Source: Tubiluchus corallicola
Lineage: Eukaryota; Animalia; Priapulida
Assembly (NCBI GenBank): GCA_030141605.1
Contig: JAQGDQ010000079.1
Coordinates: 558,001 to 622,000 of the forward strand
Direction of reading: 5' to 3'
DNA: 64,000 nucleotides
The notes under the pieces are model-generated. The model saw only the letters and a program-made list of their open reading frames with translations, searched no databases and was not told where the DNA came from. A program made the translations under genes and the position numbers. This document shows, piece after piece, positions 53,276 through 64,000 of the stretch (the first letter of the stretch is position 1; the number at the start of each line of letters is the position of its first letter).

Positions 53276-56200
53276 AGTGAAGTAGTAAAGTAAGTAAGTT
53301 TATTAAAACAAACACATCACAGTTAAAAAACTGAATTACTATGTTTACACAAATATTAAAAAGAATAAAAATTAAAAGGCCACAATAATTTGATAAACAA
53401 TATCAGTTTTGCACGCATCTTATATAAAAATGCATGTTTAAAATAAAACAATCACGTACCAAGAACAAAACGCGAGTTATGTACGTCAACCATTAAAAAA
53501 TCTAATTAAATTTACTTAATACTTACTACAAAATACAATCTACTTAAACTTACTTGATTTATTTACTTTACTTACCAACAACAAAAACATGAATATCCAG
53601 TAAAGTAGCGATTTGGGTCGAATGACTTGACCAAAAATTGAAGCCAGACCTTCCGATGCAAGGTCACACGTGCTACATATAGCTTGCGGTTTTGCGGTTT
53701 TTATTTTCACTTCTAACCCGTTCAGTTTTTCGTTTAATAGGAACTATAGCACTCTATAGTTCATTGCAATATTGCTCAGTAAAAAAACAGTTTAATTGAC
53801 CGGCAGTTAAGCTGCCCTGTTGTAACCAAAAAAGAAGGATTATTATCGCTCTCTGAGCATGTGGATGTGAAGAAATATATTTGAAAAATCAATTATTGAC
53901 TAATTACACTGCTTGAATTTCAGTTTTATCTTGAGAACCACTTCCTTACAAAAGCTGAGCGAAAATTAAACCGGCATTATAAAGATTATACCCGGTTACG
54001 CCTATAGTTATAGATTCATAATTAATAAACAAAATAAATTCGGGGTTCGGAGATCGGATGTTACATATTGCTTCTGTCTATAGTAACTTCTTCCATTCAA
54101 AACTAAATATCTTGGAGTGGTACTATTGTCTAAGCTGAAACTTATGTTTTAAAAATTAAATAGTTGAGCTCGGATCTACCTGTCGTTCCCGTCTCACAAA
54201 CGGGCGTCGTACGCAGTTACAGCTGGGTTCATCACAGTGTCGTAGGTTACAACTATTACTTATTCGGTGTTTAATAGTCACAGTCACATCTGTGGAAGGA
54301 TAAGCCCTTGCTGAAGCAACATCTACTCCAACTCTCCCCAACAACGTTAGTCATACGAAAATGTGCATATGAGCAATCAATTTCTATAAAACATCTTCTG
54401 ACGTTTTAGTTTCGTCGTGCAGCTTTTATTAAACATCTTGCGGCGTGTTAGTTGCAACGTGTAAATTATTTGCCGCTTTGCTATTAAGTTGCTACGAAAG
54501 CCAAGTTACGCAGTGCTCTAAGTCAAGGCTTGGAAGTGGTGCTGACAATAGTAGTGTCTAATTTTTTACTAGATTACTACTGTGTTTACCTGTCTTAAGG
54601 GCAGTTTTCTTTTATTCTTGAAGTCTGCCTGCCCAATGTCTACAATAGACGTAATGGGCATATGATGGTGATGGTCAAGGCTGAAAATAGTGTCATCTAT
54701 CATAAAAAAATCACACTACACATTTGTTTGAAATTATCAACAATCGGACCAGAATTTTATTCTTGTCCATTAAAATTCCAAAGACAATTTTGTCAATGCT
54801 TAGCTGGATTTTTAAATGCTTGTAAAAATTGAAAAAGGGCAAAAATGATGGCACGATGAGAGTTGACAAGTCACTCTTATTTCCTGAAGGTGTCTGTTAG
54901 TGTGCAGCGGAAACGACGATTTTGTTAATAAAAATGTAGTAAATTTATTAAACCGGGTTATTTATGAAGCGTACATTGTTCTTGTAATAAATAACTTAAA
55001 AAGTTTATCACTTTTTAAAAAGTTTTTCGAAGTAGGAGCTCCGGAGCCTCAGAAGAATTTACGCTGATAGTCGCATCCACTGTACGTATTACCTCTCTAT
55101 TCTCCCGCTCTGGAGTTAGGAAAGTCCTACCAACTAAATATTTCCTATGATCGCGAAGAATTGTCTTGCCTGCAGTTAGTGACACGTCGCTGAAGTATTT
55201 GCAGGAATGAACATATTGTCAGCAAAAAATAGTGATTGCTGTTAATTTGTTTCTAGCGACCCCGCCAGCTTAATGTGCGCATCTGACTACTCAGCTAGAT
55301 TCCAGTCCAGCCGCAACTATCTAATTGTACTTGCCGAACTGCGTGTGATACTCGTTTGCTAGCTTCAACAATAAAAGCCGCAATAACAGGTTTTCAGAGC
55401 CATCCAGTGGCAGAAATTTAAATCAAGCATGTAAGCTTGTTAAAACCAAGCCCGTTTATGAATGACACTTTGCCGGCCCGAGACATTTACGTGAAAGCCG
55501 TCTCAGCCATCAAAAGTATTACATGTATCAGGCTTATAGAGTTGCAGAAGTATGACATAACTGATGAACCATTAGACAAAAGCAAAACAAACGTAAAATG
55601 TCAGTTTAATACTATTGTAACAAGCTAACAATTGTTAACAAAGTTATCGTCGTCGTTCTGGTCGTCGCTGTCATCATTAACGGTAATGTCTGTGGCATCT
55701 ATTCTGCCTTGTTTGTTAATTTAAAACAAATTTAGGGGACAAATTTATACACATTTGCAAAATCAACGTCGATTTCAGAGGTTGAAGCCTTTATGTAGAG
55801 CGAAACAGCAATTATAAAATAATGGATTGCTTGTAGAACTACAGCTTTTACCTATTATAGTAGTGTGCAGTTGTTCTGTCATTAAGTAAACGCAGAATTT
55901 AGTTTATTTATTTATGCAAAATCACTTATGTGTTAAAAATACTCACAATAATAATATCATCGCTTGTATGTATAGCTTGTAACCGTCCTATGCTAGTAAC
56001 TAACTCTCACCCACATCGTTGCACACATATCATGCATTATTTCTCAACAGCAAAGTTTAGAGTAAAAGGATAATTATAGTAGGACGAGAACAGCTGAGTG
56101 ATTATTACGAGCGAAGCGAGCGAATTAAAACAACGCTGAGCCAGACTAATAAATGGGTGAGTGAATTAGGAACTAAGAAAAATGCCTTTTGGGAAATTTC

Positions 56201-56741
56201 ATGCGTCACAGTCCTGCTATTTATATCGTCAGTTATCTGCGGTGTAGTTTTCGTCTTACTATACATTACCCTTGATAGTGTTATACATTCCGGTCCTGTA
56301 ACAACAATCAGCGTAATAAAGAGACCTTGCCATTGAATGATGGCTACGGCTGCTCACAGCGTGCTAAACCATATAAACGATATAAATTCAGAAATATCTA
56401 ACATTATTTAATATTGAAAATAATAAAATGTCTGCCGTTTTTACATAGAAGCAGAATTACAAACAACGTCAGGATTTCTGACAATTACTCTATACGTTAA
56501 ATAGCCTATATTAATAGTTAATTAGTTCTCTTCCAAATTCATTCTACGTTGCACAACTTATAATGTGACATAATAGTACTGGTGATTCTACATCAAACAG
56601 CCTGTTATACGTACATCGTAAAGAAAGTAAATGGTGTTTCCCATGTTCACAATTATCCTATACACTGAAGAACCTATTATGTACAACATAACGTTTCACA
56701 TGCAAGCATTAGACGAAGTATAGATGATTTGCATTATACAG

Positions 56742-56744
<3 letters not shown>

Positions 56745-56784
<40 letters not shown>

Positions 56785-56812
56785 TATACATATATATATA
56801 TACATATATATA
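56745..56812. repeat. (TA)n microsatellite with TACA variants
   Basis: Directly visible; a shorter (TA)n lies at ~50524-50556. Confidence 0.9.
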
Positions 56813-57664
56813 TTTGTTCAACACATAAGCAACATTTAAAGATCATTAAATAGCATATAAATATTAGGTTTAACGAGTTATGTAACAACTTTTAAGCAAC
56901 TCATAAAATAGCCCTAATTCTATGAATTATTTTATGTGGTACAACAAACGTTCCATTTTAATTTCCATGAACACAAAATTAAGAACTCCTTGTACCTGCG
57001 CACTGTGCAAGGCTATTAGAATCATTAGAACTAAGACGCGTAAAAAGTTCCTCTATCCAAATTCTTTATCCATTTTTGATCTGACGGCAGCGACAGGACC
57101 CCGCCGAATTTTCAAGTCAAAGTCAAAGTTAGGTATGTCATGGCAATGTCATACAGCAAAAAATGGTGTAGCCAACGCCATTATGTCATGCCTTTGTTAT
57201 AATCATTTTTGAAATTATTCTGTGGAAATTGCCTCTTCATATAAATAGACGCGTGATACACTGATTAATATTCTTAGTTCATTCATAGTCCAATTGTAAA
57301 TTCTGCTAATGTAATATTTTATGTCACTTAGTGCAGTAGTTCAACACCCTGTCGTTTTAACACGTGCTCATACTGTATTCGTAACTAGGAACTGCAGGAA
57401 TAAATTTTAATGTTTTTTCAACGGATACGAAATACGAAGTCCGAAGAGCGTTTCTAAGTAATTTTGTTAGTTTTCGGTTTTTCCAGAAAACCTTTTACAG
57501 TGCGGTTATCTTTAGTCGCATGCGTGCATGTTGCCCAAGAGCTGAGTGACAGAATGAAAGAAATAAAACAGGTATAAGCCAAATAATAAAATGTGGTATA
57601 ACGTTATTTACGTGACGTACAAATTTTAATATGCTAATTACGAAACACACCATTAGGGTGACGT

Positions 57665-59734
57665 TCACTGATTCATTTGTTTATGGATGTCAGAAAACTC
57701 TGCCGAGTCGGAAGAGAGTCTTTGAGACAAACGCTCATCAGCCTCTTCCAATAAATCATCTACTACGAGTGTGCTTGTGATTATAGCCGGCTCACATCGG
57801 CGAGTGCCAAGGTATGTTCCAGAAAAACCCGCGGCAAGGGTTACTTGATAGTTCTTAGAATCTGTCTGCGGGTTTGCGGGCTCTTCTACAGTATTTTGGC
57901 CTGATTTGGCTGACGGTGAACATTCCGCGTCCTTGAGATAGGCGTTATTAGAAATGCCTAAACTGTTTGGCCGATGAAGAGGATCTGCACTGCCATTCGC
58001 ACCGGAATTTGAAAGCGCAGTAACCTGCCCAAAGACGTCGGCCTTCAGTTGGTCTTCTTCGTCCTGAAACGATACCCTTCTCTCAGTTCTCACTAAGCTG
58101 GGCAAACGAAGGAAGTTAGAGTCGTCTGCAACGTCTGATGAGGTAATATCTGAGGAGATTGTTTTACTATGTTGTATGTCATTAACCGGAGAAGCTTGAC
58201 GATGCGTCTGAGTGTCTGACGAGGCAAGTTTCTGATAATGGTCCACAGAAGTAGGCGGCTCTTGCATCACTTGTCCAGGAAGACAGAACATCCTTTGATG
58301 TTCTGCGTTTCGTCTGATATCAGGAAGTTTTTCTGGCAAAGAAAACCCTTGTAAATAAGCTTTGTAATAATCAGTCAAACTTTCTTGACCTTCATTTTGA
58401 TGCTTTATTTCACGAAAACTGTTCTCTCCTGTACCAATACCAGAAGTATTTTCACAGTGGGCCGAAACGGCTTCATCTTTTTTGCTTATACTGTTCTGCG
58501 ATTTCAGTTTTTCTGTGTCTCGTGTAAGAAATTCATTGGTGACAACAGAAGGTTCTGGTCTTATACTAATTACCATATTACGCCGTCTTGAAAACAATTT
58601 TGCCACTTCTTTGCGCACAACTTTATTCCTAAATACGTAGACTATGGGGTTAAGCATACACTCGCTGAGCGCTAACAGAGTAGCTATTATGTGGACGTAC
58701 GCTGGCATGAAATCTATGTTAATGACGATGATTTCAATAATGACTACAATGAAATAAGGCAACCAGCAAAGAGAAAAGCTCGAGGTGACTATGAGACCAG
58801 TTTTGGCAGCCTTCCAATCATCTTTCCCCAATATGCCTTGATTAGACATATCTCTGGATGGTCTTCTTGGTCTTTCTTGTTCCTCTGAAAACAGCTGACT
58901 CTCAGAATGGACTAGACTGTTTCGTCTCGCTCTGGCTGACGTTAACTGAGCGGCACGGAATATCATGGCGTATACAAATATAATGGAACAGTACGGAATA
59001 ACGAATGTTATTGTTATTACGAAAATAGAATAGAATACGGATGGCAATGTTTTGTCATGCCATGCAACAGTGCACAGAAATTTTTTATCGTGGTACTCGA
59101 TCCTATTCCAGCCAAACACAGGCGGTATGGCGACGCAGAAAGACAATAGCCACACCAGCAAGATGAAATACCACGAGCGCTTTTTTGTCACGTATTTAGT
59201 GTACCGCAGTGGCTTCATAATAGCAGTGTATCTGTCAAAACTGACTAGAAGTATGGTCAAAAGACAGGCACTGAAAAGAAAAGTAACGATGACACCCTGA
59301 GTTTGACACCACCTATTACTGATATTCCTTCCGCTGGCAGATACTGTGACATTGGGCATAACCACCAAAGATATCAGCATGTTAACTATAACCAGATTAG
59401 ATATAAACCGATTGGAAACGGTTCTAAGTATTTGGCGCTTGTAGAAAACGACAGCTACAACAAGATTACTAACCAAGCTGACAATAATTATGAAGAGCGT
59501 GAGAACTACGATTATATATATACCAACGCGACTGAATTGTCCATTAACATTAGTCTCTATCTCAAGCTGATCCTGCTCTGTACCATTTCTCCATAAATGG
59601 GCACCAATGTCAATATCTTGTTGATGGAACCCTGTATCATTGCTCCACACTGCGATGATGTCAATCTCCATTTCTTGCTGGTTGAGGTTTGTTCCATTAC
59701 TCCACATAAAAACATCGTCCTCAGTCGAACTCAT
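57665..59734 (-). CDS. GPR161: GPR161-like class A GPCR with long C-terminal tail, intronless CDS (689 aa)
   Basis: ATG at 59734. TM1-TM2 YKRQILRTVSNRFISNLVIVNMLISLVVMP has Asn at the usual TM2 Asp position, as I recall for GPR161 (LTLSNKF..L..SN.L.S..VLP). Also SFDRY, PPVFGWNRIEY..KFLCTVAW, CWLPY and NPIVYVFRNKVVRKE (cf. NKTVRKE). The GPCR call is secure; orthology is an inference. Confidence 0.75.
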   Translation of the reverse strand: MSSTEDDVFMWSNGTNLNQQEMEIDIIAVWSNDTGFHQQDIDIGAHLWRNGTEQDQLEIETNVNGQFSRVGIYIIVVLTLFIIIVSLVSNLVVAVVFYKRQILRTVSNRFISNLVIVNMLISLVVMPNVTVSASGRNISNRWCQTQGVIVTFLFSACLLTILLVSFDRYTAIMKPLRYTKYVTKKRSWYFILLVWLLSFCVAIPPVFGWNRIEYHDKKFLCTVAWHDKTLPSVFYSIFVITITFVIPYCSIIFVYAMIFRAAQLTSARARRNSLVHSESQLFSEEQERPRRPSRDMSNQGILGKDDWKAAKTGLIVTSSFSLCWLPYFIVVIIEIIVINIDFMPAYVHIIATLLALSECMLNPIVYVFRNKVVRKEVAKLFSRRRNMVISIRPEPSVVTNEFLTRDTEKLKSQNSISKKDEAVSAHCENTSGIGTGENSFREIKHQNEGQESLTDYYKAYLQGFSLPEKLPDIRRNAEHQRMFCLPGQVMQEPPTSVDHYQKLASSDTQTHRQASPVNDIQHSKTISSDITSSDVADDSNFLRLPSLVRTERRVSFQDEEDQLKADVFGQVTALSNSGANGSADPLHRPNSLGISNNAYLKDAECSPSAKSGQNTVEEPANPQTDSKNYQVTLAAGFSGTYLGTRRCEPAIITSTLVVDDLLEEADERLSQRLSSDSAEFSDIHKQMNQ

Positions 59735-61242
59735 ATTCACAATGTTAACGTAATTTAATTACTACGTTTTGTTGTAGTCAAAACACAAGAAATTACAGGT
59801 AAACCTCATTTGGTAACTCGAGCTATAACATCTGTGCACGGCCTTAGGTCAATCCCGAGTCTAAAAATATCGCGTTGTACATCATTTGTTATATGCTTCC
59901 TACATCCCCACTGGCAAAATTTAGGAAAGTATTAGTCGCCAAAAAGATAGCTAACACAATAGAAAATATGCTGCAAATAACCACATGAGCCGTGCACTCG
60001 GGCGAGGACAATTTTGATGCTATTTTTAGCACGACAACACTGCGCTTGAATGCACCAGTAAAACTATTGAATGTGGTGTATAATTTTATAGATTTTCAAT
60101 GGATGCGATTTTCTTACATACTAATAATAACATAATGGGGATAATAGGGACATAGTCTAGGTAACACGCATCCGGTCGTAGTCGAGCTTGCTCTGCGCAA
60201 TAAACTGAGGAAATATGAAGATAATGCCACAGTAGAAGGGGTACTCGAATAAACTAACGTGTGACAGTATACAGTAAACTATTGGGTAACCTTTGTGCAA
60301 TAAATTGTTTAAAATAACACAAATCCTAGCCTACGGCGGTAGATCGCGCGAACTGAATCGTTCAAACCTTAGGCGAACGAATAACGAAAAAATTCACGCA
60401 GGTGAATGGCTTGTGTTACAACAAATTTAATATTGGTGCAAAACATTTAATCTCGTGTTGTTTTAAAATTATTTTAAACATTTGATGGGGGATTTTCAAT
60501 TCATATCACTTTTTAAAATTGTCACGTTTCTTGATTGTTTAGGTTTGCTAAAGGATGAAAAAGCTTTGCTCAGTTAGCTACTGTTTAAAAATAACTTTTG
60601 TGTATTCTTGCCGTTCGTCTACTATGACACTAGACGCATACAACGATAGGGTCATTTGGGGAAACTGACCGCCTACAGCAAGAGTCCTATTGCTTGATAA
60701 CTCTGACATAAAAGTTTCGTATCGGTTTTATAGGGGAATCATATAAAAGAGCAAAACACACAAATATTATAACAGACAACCTGCCTGTTTTGAGGCAGTA
60801 CATAGAAGCCTGCATGTTACAATTATCACTTAGACTATACCAAATGTACTGTTAAGTCTAGCATGGATGGAACGTTTCTAGCATTTTTGTTAATTCTCAC
60901 TGCGAGGATTTGTGATGATAAATAATTTAATGAAAGGCTTAAGTTATAAATGTGATACCCCTCTAGAAACGTTTTGAAAGTATTCTGTGTTTTAGGCGAT
61001 TTACATTGGATTTTAAACATAAATTAATTTAATGTAGTCGAGAGGTTCTCCTAGCTGGTTTGTGCAGTAACCTTATCCTGACTTTAACAAATTTGAAAAT
61101 GCCAAATTAAAGTTCTCCTGGAAATTTTCTAAGTCATATGATAACAGTTCAAGTAATCAGAACTTGTGAAAACTTCGGTTACAAGTTTGGATTTCATTAC
61201 TGCTACTTTTATTCGTAAGTCGATACCTAGGTGTAGCAGAAA

Positions 61243-61970
61243 TTTATTTATTTATTTATTTTTATATCACATGTGAAGTCCCCATAAATGAAGTTTTTCT
61301 TTGCACAGTTTGCAGTACATAGAAGTAAAAAATACAAAATAATCAACATAAAAAAAGAACATCCCAATTAATATTACATAAAAGCATAGTTGTAAAACTT
61401 GATTACAGGTATAAATAAAATAAAATACATTGTAACTAGCGATTATTTATAAGTAATTTACTCTTTTCTTTTTAAATATTTTAAATTCTGTAATTTTATT
61501 TAATTCAGTTTTTATTGCATATTAATTGTAATGTTTACTTGCCCTGACTATGAGAATTAGTACCAGAATTAGATTTTGCAGTAGGAATAATAAGTAAATT
61601 TGACTGTAGTGATTCGAGAGATCACATTACACTTAAAATTTATCTATTTATAGATGTAAGTTGGTTGTTTAGTGATTAATATTTTGTGGAGCACGCAAAC
61701 ATCAGCAAATATAGCTAATTCTTTAACATGCATAAGTTTTTGAAATTTATAATGATATGTTGTGACATTTTTGTCAGTTCAACATGACCCTAGCTAATAG
61801 CATTCTGCAAACTGCCAAGACAATTATGAATTTTGTTACTGAAAATTATTTATCTACCCAAATCTAATCTGCCAGAATCAAGTTATGCATGATTGATGGA
61901 AATAAATCAAAACATGACTTATAAATTGAATGCTCATTATTTTATTGTTTATACACACACGTTTACATAG
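61243..61970 (-). mobile_element. Decayed CR1/L2-type LINE 3' end with (AAAT)n tail
   Basis: Minus-strand fragments across frameshifts (NLLIIPTAKSNSGTNSLIVRASKHYN*, KTELNKITEFKIFKKK) resemble the C-terminus of LINE ORF2, followed by a short UTR and an AAAT-repeat tail at 61243-61263. Confidence 0.5.
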
Positions 61971-62337
61971 GTTAAAAAGTTACACATTGCTATTGGTTTT
62001 ATGCAAAAAAAAACAACATACTACCTAGTCTTAGTGACTTAGCCAATAAAAGGCCTTTAAATCTCTGTTTTAACTGAAAAATGGTAGAAGGTGTGTGTAA
62101 GGTCCCTTCCGTTTACATATAAATGATGACGGTATGACTTGCTTCACAGCATCACCAGCATAATGATGATTTAAATACAGAAATTCACAGAACTGTAGAC
62201 TGGCAATTCCTTCACAGAAAGGTTTTTTGTCAGCGAAGGACACAGCTACAAATACAGTAAAGCAAAATACTGTCAGGCTCATGTAAATGAGCTATTGTTA
62301 ATTTTTTATTACACTCACTGAAGAGACAGTGGCTGTG

Positions 62338-63509
62338 CTATAGCATTCCTCGCGTGAAGACATATTTGGGAGGATTTTTAACACCATAACTAATTCCTTG
62401 CTCTACTGCCCTCGCTTTACATAAATCCACCAAACTCTGAAACACAAAAACTGGCAATCATATAATACATGCTAAAAATGGCTGATTTTTTTACTTTCAA
62501 TTGATTATTTAAAAGAGTAACCAATACCAACAATTATATATCTACTTAGTTCTGTGAGTCTTATTAAAAAAAGAGTTACTAATTTGTTGGGTGGCTCACA
62601 AAAATACTGAATTTAATGTTTAATAACTCCAAAGGTTTGAATAGAATTCACATGAAGTTTCAACACATTAATAGAAGACTGCAATCTATAACTGCTATAG
62701 GGTAGAAAGCTCAGATGTTAAATTTTTCTTACAATTCTAAAATTAAAGAAACATCATACGTGCCATGATCACTGGACAAAAATAACTTGCCAGTGACAAG
62801 ACATTGATATTAAGTCCAATCTTTACTTAACACGTGGTTAATGTTTTTCATACACTTCTAGCATGCCCCAAGCCAGAAAACTGTAGTTTTATCTAGCATT
62901 CGAAGGCATGGCCAACTACATCTTCTCTCAATGAGGTAAACAGTCAGAATTAGTACGGCATACGAAACTATCCACAACAAATACTGACTTAGGAAGTGGC
63001 AAACATATCAGTATAGTTTAACTTCGAGCTCAAGCAAGCAAACTTGTTCAATGAGAGAAACATTTCTGGTGATATCGTGCCATGCTTTCTTAATTTCTCT
63101 TTTGCAGTAAATTTGTCTTCCTGACTGTCTGATTAAATGACTCCCATTTTATTGATCCAGAAAGTTCTTGTAATGCATTACGAACCGGCATGGAAAAACA
63201 AGGTGATACACGGTATTTTTAGCAGCTTACTACAAAAAGTAAGCCTAGGCACGTCTTACCTTGAATGTCCTAGGTTCGTGAATGGCTAATGAAGCTAATG
63301 TTGGTCTGTTTAATGCTATGTTCATCTGGAAAAAATAACAATAACCACACACTTGATTTGTTGACTAGTTGTTAATGAAATTTACAAATTTTGTTGTTAA
63401 TTTCCTAAGGATCATTTCGGAATTCATTTACCTTTGTCAGATTAGAAATAAAGTGAGTGTATTCCATGCCATGCTCCATAGTAGCAGAATGAATTCGTAA
63501 AATATGTAG
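62338..63509 (-). CDS. MRPL20: Mitochondrial ribosomal protein bL20m, 3' part (last three exons; 5' exons lie beyond the window)
   Basis: Phase-0 exons 63509-63432 (LHILRIHSATMEHGMEYTHFISNLTK), 63325-63260 (MNIALNRPTLASLAIHEPRTFK) and 62436-62338 (SLVDLCKARAVEQGISYGVKNPPKYVFTRGML*) match the L20 C-terminal motif RI.AA..EHG..Y..F...L....I.LNRK.LA.LAI.EP.TF. Confidence 0.9.
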
Positions 63510-64000
63510 CTGAAAACAAAATATGCAGAATTACATTGATATTGCAATTCAGTTTATCATATCGTAATCATAACATTATTATCGTTATCATAAAAGGCAT
63601 TTATCATATAGTCCAAAACAGCTTTAGATTTAGTGTCTAAAAAGTTAAGTGTGAAAGTGGATTTAATGAAGAATGGTAAACAATAGCGGCTAGCGTTAGC
63701 GTGTACAAATTTAGCAATTTTTCAATCGGAAATGAGAACAAGCACAATTAACAAAATCTGTCTGTCCCCATTTTTTCAATGCGTAGAGAGAGAATCCTAC
63801 ACAACATTAATTTTGTACAACAACTTGTCAACATTATATAGCAGATTTTTTCTATTACATCGATTTACTTATGTGCCTACGTATGTTTTTTCTGCCCAAT
63901 CTGTACTAAATAGTAATTTTTATTCAAGTCATTTTCATGAATACCCCCATATAACAATGTTTTTATTTTGCAGCTGTTATTCTATTAGCACACACATGCT

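Noticed and set aside
56103-56122. TATTACGAGCGAAGCGAGCG, resembling a Helentron/HINE-type terminal motif
   Set aside because: Too short, and no matching opposite end was found.

Overview
AT-rich animal (invertebrate-type) genomic DNA with GT-AG introns, many microsatellites and decayed transposons; this is not prokaryotic sequence. Genes reconstructed by hand from splice signals and reading frame, left to right: (1) a secreted chitin-binding type-2-like (ChtBD2/peritrophin-A) protein with a Gly/Tyr/Arg-rich tail (-); (2) a cuticlin-type ZP-domain membrane protein with 8 identified coding exons, a long low-complexity N-terminus, furin site and TM anchor (+); (3) a second, paralogous chitin-binding Gly/Tyr/Asn-rich protein (-); (4) a phospholipid scramblase with an intronless CDS (-); (5,6) a head-to-head pair of single-exon LYPLAL1/acyl-protein-thioesterase-like ORFs that BOTH lack the catalytic serine; (7) a type I coronin with 11 coding exons (-), with (8) an atypical class A GPCR nested antisense in one intron; (9) a carbohydrate sulfotransferase (+); (10) a GPR161-like GPCR (-) with a candidate AKAP helix; (11) the last three exons of MRPL20 (-). 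The best leads are the putative chitin/ZP sclerotised-matrix gene cluster and the pseudo-thioesterase pair beside a scramblase. All family calls come from motif recognition, not database searches, and the organism cannot be identified.
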